A DNA stretch of 64,000 bases from an uncultured virus (IMG/VR IMGVR_UViG_3300015607_002766) (IMGVR_UViG_3300015607_002766), one strand, 5' to 3'; shown: positions 51,177 to 60,229, counted from the first letter of the stretch. A program made the numbers and translations. Notes: generated by a model from the letters alone, not told the origin.

Positions 51177-51232
51177 AACCGAGACTAACCTTTCGGTTTT
51201 TTTTATTATCTTTGCTGAATATATAGACATAT

Positions 51233-51808
51233 ATGAAATTAAAAAGATACAATCAATTTTTAGAATCTAAATCTGATATGTGGGACATTATTCCACAATC
51301 AGTTAAAGATTTACATACTTTATTCCAATCAGCTGGTAAGAAACTTTACTTAGTTGGTGGATCAGTTCGTGACTTCTTAACTGGCGATAAACCAAAAGAT
51401 TTTGACTTGGCAACTAACGCACTACCTGATGAGGTTTTAGAAATCATCGGTGATAAATTCAGAACTAACCTTCAAGGTAAAGCCTTTGGAGTTGTTGTAG
51501 TTTATACTAAAGAAGTTCCAGAAGGAATGGAAATTGCTACATTCAGATCCGATATTTATGATGATAAATTAGGAAAAACTAGAAACCCTGATGTTAAATT
51601 TACAACAATTGATCAAGATGTTTTGAGAAGAGATCTTCGAATTAATGGTCTTTTTTATGATTTGGATAAAAGAGAAATAGTCGATCTAGTTGGTGGTGTA
51701 GAAGATATAAAAAATAAAAAAATAAATATGATAGGTGATCCTGATTTAAGAATCAAAGAGGATCCTCTAAGAATTTTAAGAGCTATAAGGATGGCTTGTA
51801 GATTATAG
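51233..51808 (+). CDS. cca: tRNA nucleotidyltransferase (CCA-adding/poly(A) polymerase family), N-terminal half
   Basis: YLVGGSVRD, PKDFDLAT, EIATFRSD, DVLRRDLRING, EDPLRILRAIR. Confidence 0.9.
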   Translation: MKLKRYNQFLESKSDMWDIIPQSVKDLHTLFQSAGKKLYLVGGSVRDFLTGDKPKDFDLATNALPDEVLEIIGDKFRTNLQGKAFGVVVVYTKEVPEGMEIATFRSDIYDDKLGKTRNPDVKFTTIDQDVLRRDLRINGLFYDLDKREIVDLVGGVEDIKNKKINMIGDPDLRIKEDPLRILRAIRMACRL

Positions 51809-51858
51809 TATAGATAAATCTCGTCAGATATACACTTTTTTAATTTAATATATATTAT

Positions 51859-52902
51859 ATGAATAATTGGATAAAATTAAATACTAAAGAATGTGATATT
51901 TGTAGAGAAATATACTCATATGATTCTAGACAAAAAAATTCAAAGTATTGTTCACAAAGATGTAGATCTGTGTCCTCAAAACAAAAAAAAATAAATGGTG
52001 TTGAAAACATAGACTTTGTTATTTGTAAAATATGTGGTTTAAAATTTAAAGAAATAAATAATGATCATATGAAAATTCATAATATCACCTGTGATGATTA
52101 TGATAAAATTTACAAATCACAAAGAACATCTGAGAAAACAAGACATAATAAAAATACACTTTCGTCTATGATGAACGAAGAACTTTCAAAAAAGTTATCA
52201 AATTCACATACTATAGAAAATTATAAATCTAAATATGGTGAGGAAGAAGGTGTTTTAAGATTTAATTTAATGTTGGATAGAAAGAGATATAAAAATAGCA
52301 GACAATCATACAAGGATAAATATTCGGATGATTGGGAAAAGATTTATAGTGAAGTTCAGAATAAAAAGAAAATAACACTAGATAATTTAATTATTAAATA
52401 TGGACAAGAGGAGGGTAATAGAAGATTTGAAGAATTTAAACATAAAAGAAAAGTTAAAAATTTATTATCAACATACATTAATAAACATGGATATGAAATG
52501 GGTCTAGAAAAGTGGTTAGATAAAAATAATAAAATATCAATTTCAAATTCAAAAATAGAAATAGAAGATAGGGATAACTTTAAGTATTATATTTCCGAAG
52601 TAAATAAATATACAAGAGTTTCATTAGAAATGAATAATTTAGATAAATTAGAGTTAAGAGGAAAGGAAAATGGATATGACTTAGATCATATTGTATCAAA
52701 AGTCAATGGTTTTAAAAATAAAATACCAGCATATATAATTGGACATATATCTAATTTAAGAATAATAGAATCTTCGTATAATAGAAAAAAACAACATAAA
52801 TCAGAATTACCAATTGAATTTATTATTAATAGATTTGAGTCTGATGATTTATATAAAAAATTAATACTTGATATAATCAATTTAAAAAATGGCAATAATT
52901 GA
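51859..52902 (+). mobile_element. HNH-type homing endonuclease inserted in the cca gene
   Basis: Zn fingers, KYGEEEG repeats, YDLDHIVS...IGHISNL...N. Confidence 0.8.
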
Positions 52903-53473
52903 AAATAAGACCGCAGAATCCATAAAAAATAATGGTGAATTACTACTTACTATATCCAGTGAAAGAATATGGGATGAGTTTAAAAAGTCATGGGTTCAAT
53001 CGAAAGACTTTAGAGACTATCTTGGTTATTTAAAATCTTTTGAATTATATAAATATATATTTCCTGGTGCTAACATCAACACTAACTTAGTTGATTCAAA
53101 AGACTTTGTAGTTGTGATTGCTAACTTATTTAAGAATGAGAACACAACTGGTTTAGCTGATAGACTTGCTCAAGATTATAAGATTGAATTAGAGACTGCT
53201 ACTAAAGTAACTTTCTTAATCTCTTTATTATCTTTCAAAGTTGAAGATGTATTTGACATCTACAAGAAAAGACAACAATGTGCTATCACTGATGCTACTA
53301 TTTTAGAGTGGTTGAAAGTTGAAGGTATTGATACTGACACTTTAGTTAAGTTTGTTGAATACAGACCAAGTGTATCTGCTCAAGAACTTATGTCTCAAGG
53401 ATTCAAGGGTCGTGAGTTGGGTATTAAGATTAAAGAAATTGAAGTAGAAAAATTCAAAGAGACTCTTAAATAG
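52889..53473 (+). CDS. tRNA nucleotidyltransferase, C-terminal half
   Basis: ISSERIWDEFKK, YIFPG, ELMSQGFKGRELG match the body/tail of class II CCA enzymes. Confidence 0.85.
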   Translation: MAIIENKTAESIKNNGELLLTISSERIWDEFKKSWVQSKDFRDYLGYLKSFELYKYIFPGANINTNLVDSKDFVVVIANLFKNENTTGLADRLAQDYKIELETATKVTFLISLLSFKVEDVFDIYKKRQQCAITDATILEWLKVEGIDTDTLVKFVEYRPSVSAQELMSQGFKGRELGIKIKEIEVEKFKETLK

Positions 53474-54130
53474 AGTCTCTTTTAATATCTCTATTTATGT
53501 GGCTACAAAGCGGCTGTAGATTAGTATAATGATTTAATCTTATTACATCTTCTTCTGTAACAGCTGAAGATATTGGTATTATATGGTCAATATCCCAACC
53601 ATAATTTAATTGACCGTTATAGAGACCTCTATTTTCCCATGTCATCCAATCCTCAAATCTACTTTCTAAGTGTAATTTGAATTCCTCAAATGAACATCCT
53701 AATATTTCAAAGGTTTTTGATTTTCTACTAAAACCTCCTCTATTAAATGATTTTCTTATCATTCCTCTATAGTAGTGTGAAATTTTAAATATTATATCGT
53801 TTTTTAACCTTTTACTGAGGTAGAATCTTTGATACTCATTAACACTATCTTTGTTATTTTCACGATAGTTCTTCTTTTTAGTAGATAAATCTTCTTTGTT
53901 ATTCAGGTAATACTTAGACCTATATAATTTTAATTTCTCCTTGTTGTTCCCTCTGTATTTTTTACCATATTCTAACTTTTTTTCTTTATCTCTTTCTTTA
54001 TTTTTATAATAGTAAGCAAGACCATCAGATTTCAATTTTTCTCTATTTGAATCTTTATATCTTTTTTTACTATTTTTAAGATTTTCCGGATTATTTTCTT
54101 TATATTTAATATCATACTCTTTTCTACTAA
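53466..54130 (-). mobile_element. HNH homing endonuclease lacking its N-terminus
   Basis: ILGCS, MTWEN, WDIDHIIP, NHYTNLQPL; 5' end abuts the opposite-strand gene. Confidence 0.8.
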
Positions 54131-54132
54131 GT

Positions 54133-54771
54133 ATGAGAAACATTAAAGACGTAGTAGATTATTTAAACACTTTTGATAACTACAGAATATCCAGTGATAG
54201 TGATGATGGTAGAATTAACTCTCTTAGATCAGAAGATAGTTTAGTTAATTCCATTATGGAAAATCTCTCAAATCTACCAAATGTTAAAGTGGTAGGTAAG
54301 ACCGCAAACAGAGACGAGAACGACTTTTCATTAGTTATAAGTGATGATTCAGGCAACGAAATATTCTCAGAAGGTACTGATATAAAAATTGTAGATCCTC
54401 AAAACTTTACAAACACCGTAAGCTTTGTAAAGCTTTCAAAAATGATTAACCTTTCCGGTAATTCATACGAAACTGTTATCAACTCATACAATAAACAAGA
54501 AGATATTAAGTTAGTATCAGACTATTCAATACTATTTTTTGATAAGAGTAAAAATAAATTTGTACATGTTTATTTGTCAGAAATGACAACTACTGATGTT
54601 ACAACAAACCCTTCAAACTGCATTCAAACTAAAATACCAACATCTATTGTTAGTAGAACAGAAAAAGAAAAGTTTGATTTTATCCACTCTTTGTGGAAAA
54701 GCTATATTTACAAAAGAGTTGTTGCTCCTGCTAAGTTGTGTGAGTCAATAGACTTTTCTGATATAGTGTAA
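54133..54771 (+). CDS. putative restriction endonuclease (PD-(D/E)xK-like)
   Basis: DGRINS...NDF...DIK; directly upstream of an MTase. Confidence 0.5.
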   Translation: MRNIKDVVDYLNTFDNYRISSDSDDGRINSLRSEDSLVNSIMENLSNLPNVKVVGKTANRDENDFSLVISDDSGNEIFSEGTDIKIVDPQNFTNTVSFVKLSKMINLSGNSYETVINSYNKQEDIKLVSDYSILFFDKSKNKFVHVYLSEMTTTDVTTNPSNCIQTKIPTSIVSRTEKEKFDFIHSLWKSYIYKRVVAPAKLCESIDFSDIV

Positions 54772-54799
54772 CTTATTTGATTTTTCCGATATAATATTT

Positions 54800-55948
54800 A
54801 TGAGTAAGTATAAAGTAGAAGACTTAGGTCAAGTATTCACACCATTAAACATTGTTGATAGAATGATATCTCTTATCAAGAATGGTAATAGAGTGCTTGA
54901 GCCATCTTGTGGAGATGGTGCTTTCTCTGATGAACTTAATAAAAAGTTCAAAGATGTTGTCTCGATTGAATTTGACGAAGATCATTGTCCAGCTTACGGC
55001 TTAAATATGGATTTTTTTGATTACAGTCAAGATGAAAAATTTGACACGATTGTAGGAAATCCACCTTATGTTAGTGGTAAGAAAATCATAAAAGAAACTT
55101 TATCTAAAATTAATAGCAAGCTTATCACACACGGTAAGTCAAATCTATACCTATACTTTATTGAGAAGTGCATCAATCAACTAACAGATAATGGTGAGAT
55201 AGTTTTTATCACACCAAGAGAGTTTATAAAAAACACATCATCATATGGTCTTAATAAGTTCATCTATGATTCTGGTACAATAACTGATTGGTATGAATTT
55301 GGCGATGAAGTAATATTCAAAGGTTATTCACCTTCTGTTGTTATCTTTAGATTTGAGAAAGGAAACTTTACAAGAAAGACAAACACTAACAAAGGTGAAA
55401 TGAATTTCATTCATTCTAATGGTCAGCTTTTCTTTTTAGAAGAACAATTAACTGGTAAAAGACTTGGAGATTTGTTTCATATTAAGGTTGGTGGTGTTAG
55501 TGGTATGGATGAAGTCTTTGCTGAAGAAGGTGGTAACGAACAATTTGTTTGTTCATATACTGCTCAAACTGGTCAGTTAAAAACATTTCACTATAATATT
55601 ATAAATGATTACATAACTTCTAAAAAAGACATTATTATCAAAAGAAAGATTAAGAAGTTTGATGAAAATAATTGGTGGTTGTGGGGTAGAGACTTTTATA
55701 AGTCAGATAGAAGAAGAATATATGTTAATTCAAAAACAAGAAATACCAATCCTTTCTTTATACATGAGTGTAGAAACTATGATGGTTCTGTTTTAGCACT
55801 AATACCTAAAAATGATGAAGTTGAGGCTAATTTAGAAACATATCTTGAGAAACTCAACTCAACTGATTGGGCTAAATTAGGCTTTAAAGTTGGTGGTAGA
55901 TTTATATTCTCACAAAAAACACTTGAAAATATTACACTCGATATTTAA
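54800..55948 (+). CDS. N6-adenine DNA methyltransferase (gamma class, TaqI/Eco57I-like)
   Basis: GQVFTP, VLEPSCGDGAF, IVGNPPY, NLYLYFIEK. Confidence 0.9.
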   Translation: MSKYKVEDLGQVFTPLNIVDRMISLIKNGNRVLEPSCGDGAFSDELNKKFKDVVSIEFDEDHCPAYGLNMDFFDYSQDEKFDTIVGNPPYVSGKKIIKETLSKINSKLITHGKSNLYLYFIEKCINQLTDNGEIVFITPREFIKNTSSYGLNKFIYDSGTITDWYEFGDEVIFKGYSPSVVIFRFEKGNFTRKTNTNKGEMNFIHSNGQLFFLEEQLTGKRLGDLFHIKVGGVSGMDEVFAEEGGNEQFVCSYTAQTGQLKTFHYNIINDYITSKKDIIIKRKIKKFDENNWWLWGRDFYKSDRRRIYVNSKTRNTNPFFIHECRNYDGSVLALIPKNDEVEANLETYLEKLNSTDWAKLGFKVGGRFIFSQKTLENITLDI

Positions 55949-55951
55949 TTT

Positions 55952-56085
55952 AATTTGTAAATTTAAAATATCTTCCGTATCTTTGTATTCACAAACGATG
56001 AGAAACTAAGTAAGAAAAGTTAAAAAAAATCTCTAAAAAGATTTGACAAATCAGAAAACGTTCCTTATCTTTGTATAACAAAAGA
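55952..56085 (+). repeat. tandem double-promoter module, copy 1
   Basis: tttg..tatctttgta.tcacaaa...actaagtaag...aaaaatctct..aaagatttg..aaatcagaaaa...ccttatctttgtataacaaa; near-identical copy at 56962-57094. Confidence 0.8.
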
Positions 56086-56092
56086 GATAAAG

Positions 56093-56335
56093 ATGAAAAA
56101 AATTGATATTAAATCTATCGTTATTAATGAGGAAAACATCAATGGTCTACAAGACAAAAATGATGATTCATTTAATATTAAAAAACTTCTTGGTGTTAGT
56201 TTAACACAATCTCAGTCTATTAAGTTCGGTAACACCTTTCAAAATATTATTAAAGATATAGCTACTAGTGTTGGTGCTGAAGTTCTAACTCAACAATTTG
56301 CTGATTTCTTTTTTATGATATCTTTATTATTTTGA
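56093..56335 (+). pseudogene. truncated gene
   Basis: Runs into antisense sequence of the HNH fragment at ~56300. Confidence 0.55.
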
Positions 56336-56601
56336 TACTTTAATTTTCTTTGTTCTCTCATTCTATCTTCATTTTCAATTCTCCATCTTCTAGTATATTC
56401 ATTCATTTTTTCTTTATTTTTCTCTCTATAATATTTATTATACTCAATTTTAGTCATATTTAACTTATCATTCTCCCTTGATGTTTTTTTGATACAGCTT
56501 TTACAATTGTGTGAATATCCAGCTAAACCTTCACCTCTGTTAATCTTTTTATAGAATTCAGAGAACTCTTTTTCAATTTTACATTTATTACATACTTTCA
56601 T
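56300..56601 (-). pseudogene. N-terminal fragment of an HNH homing endonuclease
   Basis: MKVCNKCKIEKEFSEFYK...CKSC plus helical repeats; nuclease domain missing. Confidence 0.7.
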
Positions 56602-56689
56602 AAACGAACTTTATTTTAGTTATATATTAAAAAGTTCGTATCTCCTCCTATATTTTTAAAACTTTTTTTAATTAAAGTATAAAATAGTT

Positions 56690-56884
56690 ATGAAAATAGA
56701 TGTTGACTTTATAGAATTTTATATAAAAAAGAAGTATAGCCAGAAATTAGAAGAATACTTTAGTGTGACTAAATCAGTATCGTCTGCTTGGCGTAACGAT
56801 CGTTTTCCTGAAAAAAGATTACATGAGTTTGTATATAAGGAAGGAACCTCAGATATAATTGAACTGCTTAAAAGAATTTACTAA
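56690..56884 (+). CDS. small HTH-like protein
   Basis: LEEYFSVTKSVSSAWR. Confidence 0.55.
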   Translation: MKIDVDFIEFYIKKKYSQKLEEYFSVTKSVSSAWRNDRFPEKRLHEFVYKEGTSDIIELLKRIY

Positions 56885-56976
56885 TGACTATAAGAGATTA
56901 TCAAATAAAAGTTATTAAACATTTTAGAAAAAGTCTAAGACATAGAAAAATATCAAAAATTTTTGGTTTATCTTAA
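56884..56976 (+). CDS. 30-aa micro-protein MTIRDYQIKVIKHFRKSLRHRKISKIFGLS with C-terminal tag
   Basis: ATG overlaps the upstream TAA; ends RHRKISKIFG. Confidence 0.5.
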   Translation: MTIRDYQIKVIKHFRKSLRHRKISKIFGLS

Positions 56977-57094
56977 AATACTCCTTATCTTTGTAATCAC
57001 AAAGGACGGATACTGAGTAAGAGAAAAATAAAATAAAAAAATCTCTGAAAAGATTTGGTAAATCAGAAAAGTCTCCTTATCTTTGTATAACAAA
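56962..57094 (+). repeat. tandem double-promoter module, copy 2
   Basis: Near-identical to 55952-56085. Confidence 0.8.
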
Positions 57095-57117
57095 TAACGA
57101 AATAAAAATCACTACAT

Positions 57118-57738
57118 ATGTCAAATCTCTTTAATAAAGCCAAAAAAGCCGCTCCTGCTAAAACTACTAAAGCTAAAGACCAAAAAGTTCGTCTTACAGT
57201 TGAAGACGCTAACTTCTTCTCTAACGTTCAGAAACTTGAAGAACTTCAAGACCAAATGAAAGCGGCAAAAGCTAAAGCTGATATGATTTCTGACGAAATC
57301 CGTGATGTTGCTAAACAAGCTTGGCTTGCTCAATACGAAACAACTGGTAAAAACCCTGAGTCTGTAATGGTTTGCCAAGAAAATGGCGAAGATGTGGCTC
57401 AACTTATGTTTGTCCCTACTGACAAGTATATTACAATCACTGAAGCTCGTGCTGAAGAACTTCGTGAAACATATGGCGATGAAATCGTTACAGAAGAAAC
57501 GACTTTCGGATTTGATGCCACTATGATTGAGAAGTACGGAGAAATCCTTTCTCGCCTTATCGAAGAGTCTAACGAAATTGACGAAAAAGATAAGGAAAAA
57601 ATTATCACCGCTAAAACTACTTACGCTGTTGCTAAAGGCACCATCGACAACTTCACTAAATATGGTAACGTAAATGAAGTGATGGAAGCCGTAAAACCAG
57701 TAGTTGCACTTAAAAACGTAGAAATTATCAAAGGATAA
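57118..57738 (+). CDS. hypothetical protein, probably highly expressed early
   Basis: 206-aa ORF with strong codon bias (cgt, ctt, gct) behind the double promoter. Confidence 0.8.
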   Translation: MSNLFNKAKKAAPAKTTKAKDQKVRLTVEDANFFSNVQKLEELQDQMKAAKAKADMISDEIRDVAKQAWLAQYETTGKNPESVMVCQENGEDVAQLMFVPTDKYITITEARAEELRETYGDEIVTEETTFGFDATMIEKYGEILSRLIEESNEIDEKDKEKIITAKTTYAVAKGTIDNFTKYGNVNEVMEAVKPVVALKNVEIIKG

Positions 57739-57817
57739 TAAACTTTCCGAGAGTTAGTGAATATATAGTAAACACACTGACTCTCACACCTGTATATTTG
57801 TATAAAATATGAAATTA

Positions 57818-57936
57818 GTCACGAGTTAAGTTGAGTAGCTCACTTTTTTGAAGTAAAAGTGACCCGTGGGCTCCGTTAAGCCTCTTATCCTTGTGATAAC
57901 GTAACGGATGGGAGTAGGGTAAAACCGACGCCTCCC
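57818..57936 (+). ncRNA. candidate structured ncRNA
   Basis: GC-richer non-coding stretch with nested helices cacg/cgtg, tcactttt/aaaagtga, tccgtta/taacgga, gggag/ctccc. Confidence 0.45.
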
Positions 57937-57943
57937 AAAATTT

Positions 57944-58017
57944 GGTCCCTTAGCTCAGTTGGTTAGAGCAACGGTCTCATAAACCGTGGGTCACTGGTTC
58001 GAACCCAGTAGGGACCA
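57944..58017 (+). tRNA. tRNA with CAT anticodon (Ile2- or Met-type), no encoded CCA
   Basis: GGTCCCT/AGGGACC acceptor, TAGCTCAGTTGGTTAGAGC D arm, ACGGT-CTCATAA-ACCGT, CTGG-TTCGAAC-CCAG. Confidence 0.93.
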
Positions 58018-58070
58018 CAAATTATGAAGAAGGACATAATTTATATATAGTATAAAATAAATATACTACT

Positions 58071-58472
58071 ATGAAAAATTGTGTCATTTGTAATAATGAA
58101 ATCTCAGGTCAGAAAAAAATGTACTGTTCAAATAAATGTAAACAGAAGCATCACTATGACAGAGTAAAAGAGCAAACAAATACCTATCACTCACAGACAA
58201 TAAGGTCCTATAAAAGAAAACTTTATTTAATTGAAATGTTAGGTGGTTCTTGTAGAAATTGTGGTTATGATAAAAACTTATCAGCCTTAGAGTTTCATCA
58301 CAGAGATCCAAATGGAAAAGACTCTCAATTAGACATGAGAACACTTTCAAATAGATCTATGGAGTTCATAATGAAAGAAGTTGAAAAGTGTGACTTACTA
58401 TGTTCAAATTGTCATAGAGAAGTACATAACCCTGAAACTGAAGTTTTAAAATTAAAAGAAATAATAAAATAA
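58071..58472 (+). mobile_element. HNH endonuclease adjacent to the tRNA
   Basis: CVIC...CSNKC, CRNCGY, ALEFHHRDP, CSNCHREVH. Confidence 0.85.
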
Positions 58473-58480
58473 AAACAGTT

Positions 58481-58660
58481 ATGTTATTCTTTTTTAGTAA
58501 AGAAAAGATTGAAGAAATCAAACAGTTAGAATATAAACTACCAAACGATATGGAGTTTGGAGAGACTTTAAGGTCAAAGTTTGGAAGTGAAAAGTTCATC
58601 ATGGATATACCTAATGATCAAGAACTTGGGAAAAAAATCCGAAAAATGGTAAAAATCTAA
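58481..58660 (+). CDS. 59-aa protein with duplicated PNDxExGxxxR motif (not in ORF track)
   Basis: LPNDMEFGETLR...IPNDQELGKKIR. Confidence 0.6.
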   Translation: MLFFFSKEKIEEIKQLEYKLPNDMEFGETLRSKFGSEKFIMDIPNDQELGKKIRKMVKI

Positions 58661-58725
58661 AAATAATTTTGCCGAATAAAAAAAAGTAACTACATTTGTA
58701 TAAATAATAAGATAAAAAATCAGAT

Positions 58726-59862
58726 ATGGCTGACATTAAAAACAAAACAATGCCTGCTTTCATAGCAGAGAAACTCTCAACTCTCACTGATAAAGAGCGT
58801 AAGTATTTCGCTATCATGTGGGCGAAGTATGGTGTATTGAATATCACATCTAAACCAGGTGTTGCTAAATCCACTATCGGTAGATCAATTGCCGAGAAGA
58901 TGAATTTCCGATACATGGATATTCGTTTGTCAATGGTTGACGAAACTGACGTAGGTCTTTATCCAAACGTTAGTGAAGTTGAAGTTGACGGTAAAATGGT
59001 GAAGTGTTTGGACTTCGTTGTTCCTCGTTGGGCGATTGAGGCTAACAAGCAACCAACCATCATTCACTTTGAAGAGTTGAACCGTGCTTCCCAGCAAGTT
59101 CGTAATGCTGCTCTTCAAATCCTTCTTGAGCGTCAGATTGGTACTGACTTCCGTTTCAACGAAAACGTTCTGATGATGTCGTCAGGTAACCTTGGTGACG
59201 AAGACGGTACAGACGTTGAAGAATTTGACTCCGCTCTTAACAACCGTTTGGTTCATATTAACCACACTTTGAGTGTTGATGAATGGATTAAAGACTTCGC
59301 TATGACTAACTGTCACAAGTTAATCACAAGCTTCATCAAAGCTCACCCAGAGCAGATGTACAAAAATGCCACTGACAACGTTAAGGCATATGCTACACCA
59401 CGTTCTTGGACTATGTTGTCTGAGTTCATCGTAGCCAACTATGGTCAAGATGCATCACCTCGTGAGTTCTTGCCTTTGTTGAAAGAAGTTGCTTCTGGTT
59501 ACATTGGTAACTCTGCTGTGAAGTTTGTTCAGTACTGCGAAGATATGTTGAATATCTCTATCCAAGACGTAATCAACAACTACGACGGTATCAAGAAAGA
59601 CCTTGAGAAGTACAACCGTGATAAGAACTCTGAATTGATTCAATCTTTGAAAGAGATCGATATCACCAAGTTGAATAAGAAACAACTTGACAACGTTGTG
59701 AAGTTCTTGAACAACGTGGGTGATGATGAAAAGACCGCCTACTTACTTTACATCCTTGATAACATCGCGGATGTTACAAACCCAACCTTGAAGTCTTTCT
59801 TGCTTCAGTTCGAAGACCTTCTTCGTACTATCAAGAAAATCAACAAGCCTGGTAGTAAGTAA
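58726..59862 (+). CDS. MoxR-like AAA+ ATPase
   Basis: Walker A SKPGVAKST, IHFEELNRA, LQILLER, SGN, ALNNR, ATPRSW. Confidence 0.88.
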   Translation: MADIKNKTMPAFIAEKLSTLTDKERKYFAIMWAKYGVLNITSKPGVAKSTIGRSIAEKMNFRYMDIRLSMVDETDVGLYPNVSEVEVDGKMVKCLDFVVPRWAIEANKQPTIIHFEELNRASQQVRNAALQILLERQIGTDFRFNENVLMMSSGNLGDEDGTDVEEFDSALNNRLVHINHTLSVDEWIKDFAMTNCHKLITSFIKAHPEQMYKNATDNVKAYATPRSWTMLSEFIVANYGQDASPREFLPLLKEVASGYIGNSAVKFVQYCEDMLNISIQDVINNYDGIKKDLEKYNRDKNSELIQSLKEIDITKLNKKQLDNVVKFLNNVGDDEKTAYLLYILDNIADVTNPTLKSFLLQFEDLLRTIKKINKPGSK

Positions 59863-59883
59863 TCAGACAGCCATCTGATTAGA

Positions 59884-59918
59884 TAAGGGGATGTCAGAAT
59901 TGATATCCCCTTTTTTTC
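59884..59918 (+). terminator. rho-independent terminator
   Basis: aagggga.gtca-gaat-tgata.cccctttttttt. Confidence 0.75.
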
Positions 59919-59952
59919 TAAACAAATTATTCATATATAGATATAACCTTAT

Positions 59953-60229
59953 TATGATGTATGAGATTCAGTTGGTTGTTAAAAACAAGTTCGGTGAGTT
60001 TTTAGGTAATAAAAACATCATCAGCAAAGATCAGCACGACGCATTGATAAAAATGTCAAAAACATTTTACAATTCTGGTGGTTTTGAATTAACTTGTGAA
60101 GATAATTCATTTGTTATTTTTCCACCAGACATAGTAAAAGAATCCATATTAATAATAAATAGAAAAGAAATTACTGAGAAATCAGAAGAAGTAGAACAAG
60201 AAAATAATAATAACGATGTTCAAGAGTAA
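59953..60229 (+). CDS. hypothetical protein
   Basis: ORF; start reassigned to MMYEIQ. Confidence 0.6.

Noticed and set aside
51809..52888. Group I intron or intein in the cca gene
   Set aside because: Only a 50-bp AT-rich spacer, a stop before it, no intron core or intein motifs, and the downstream half has its own ATG
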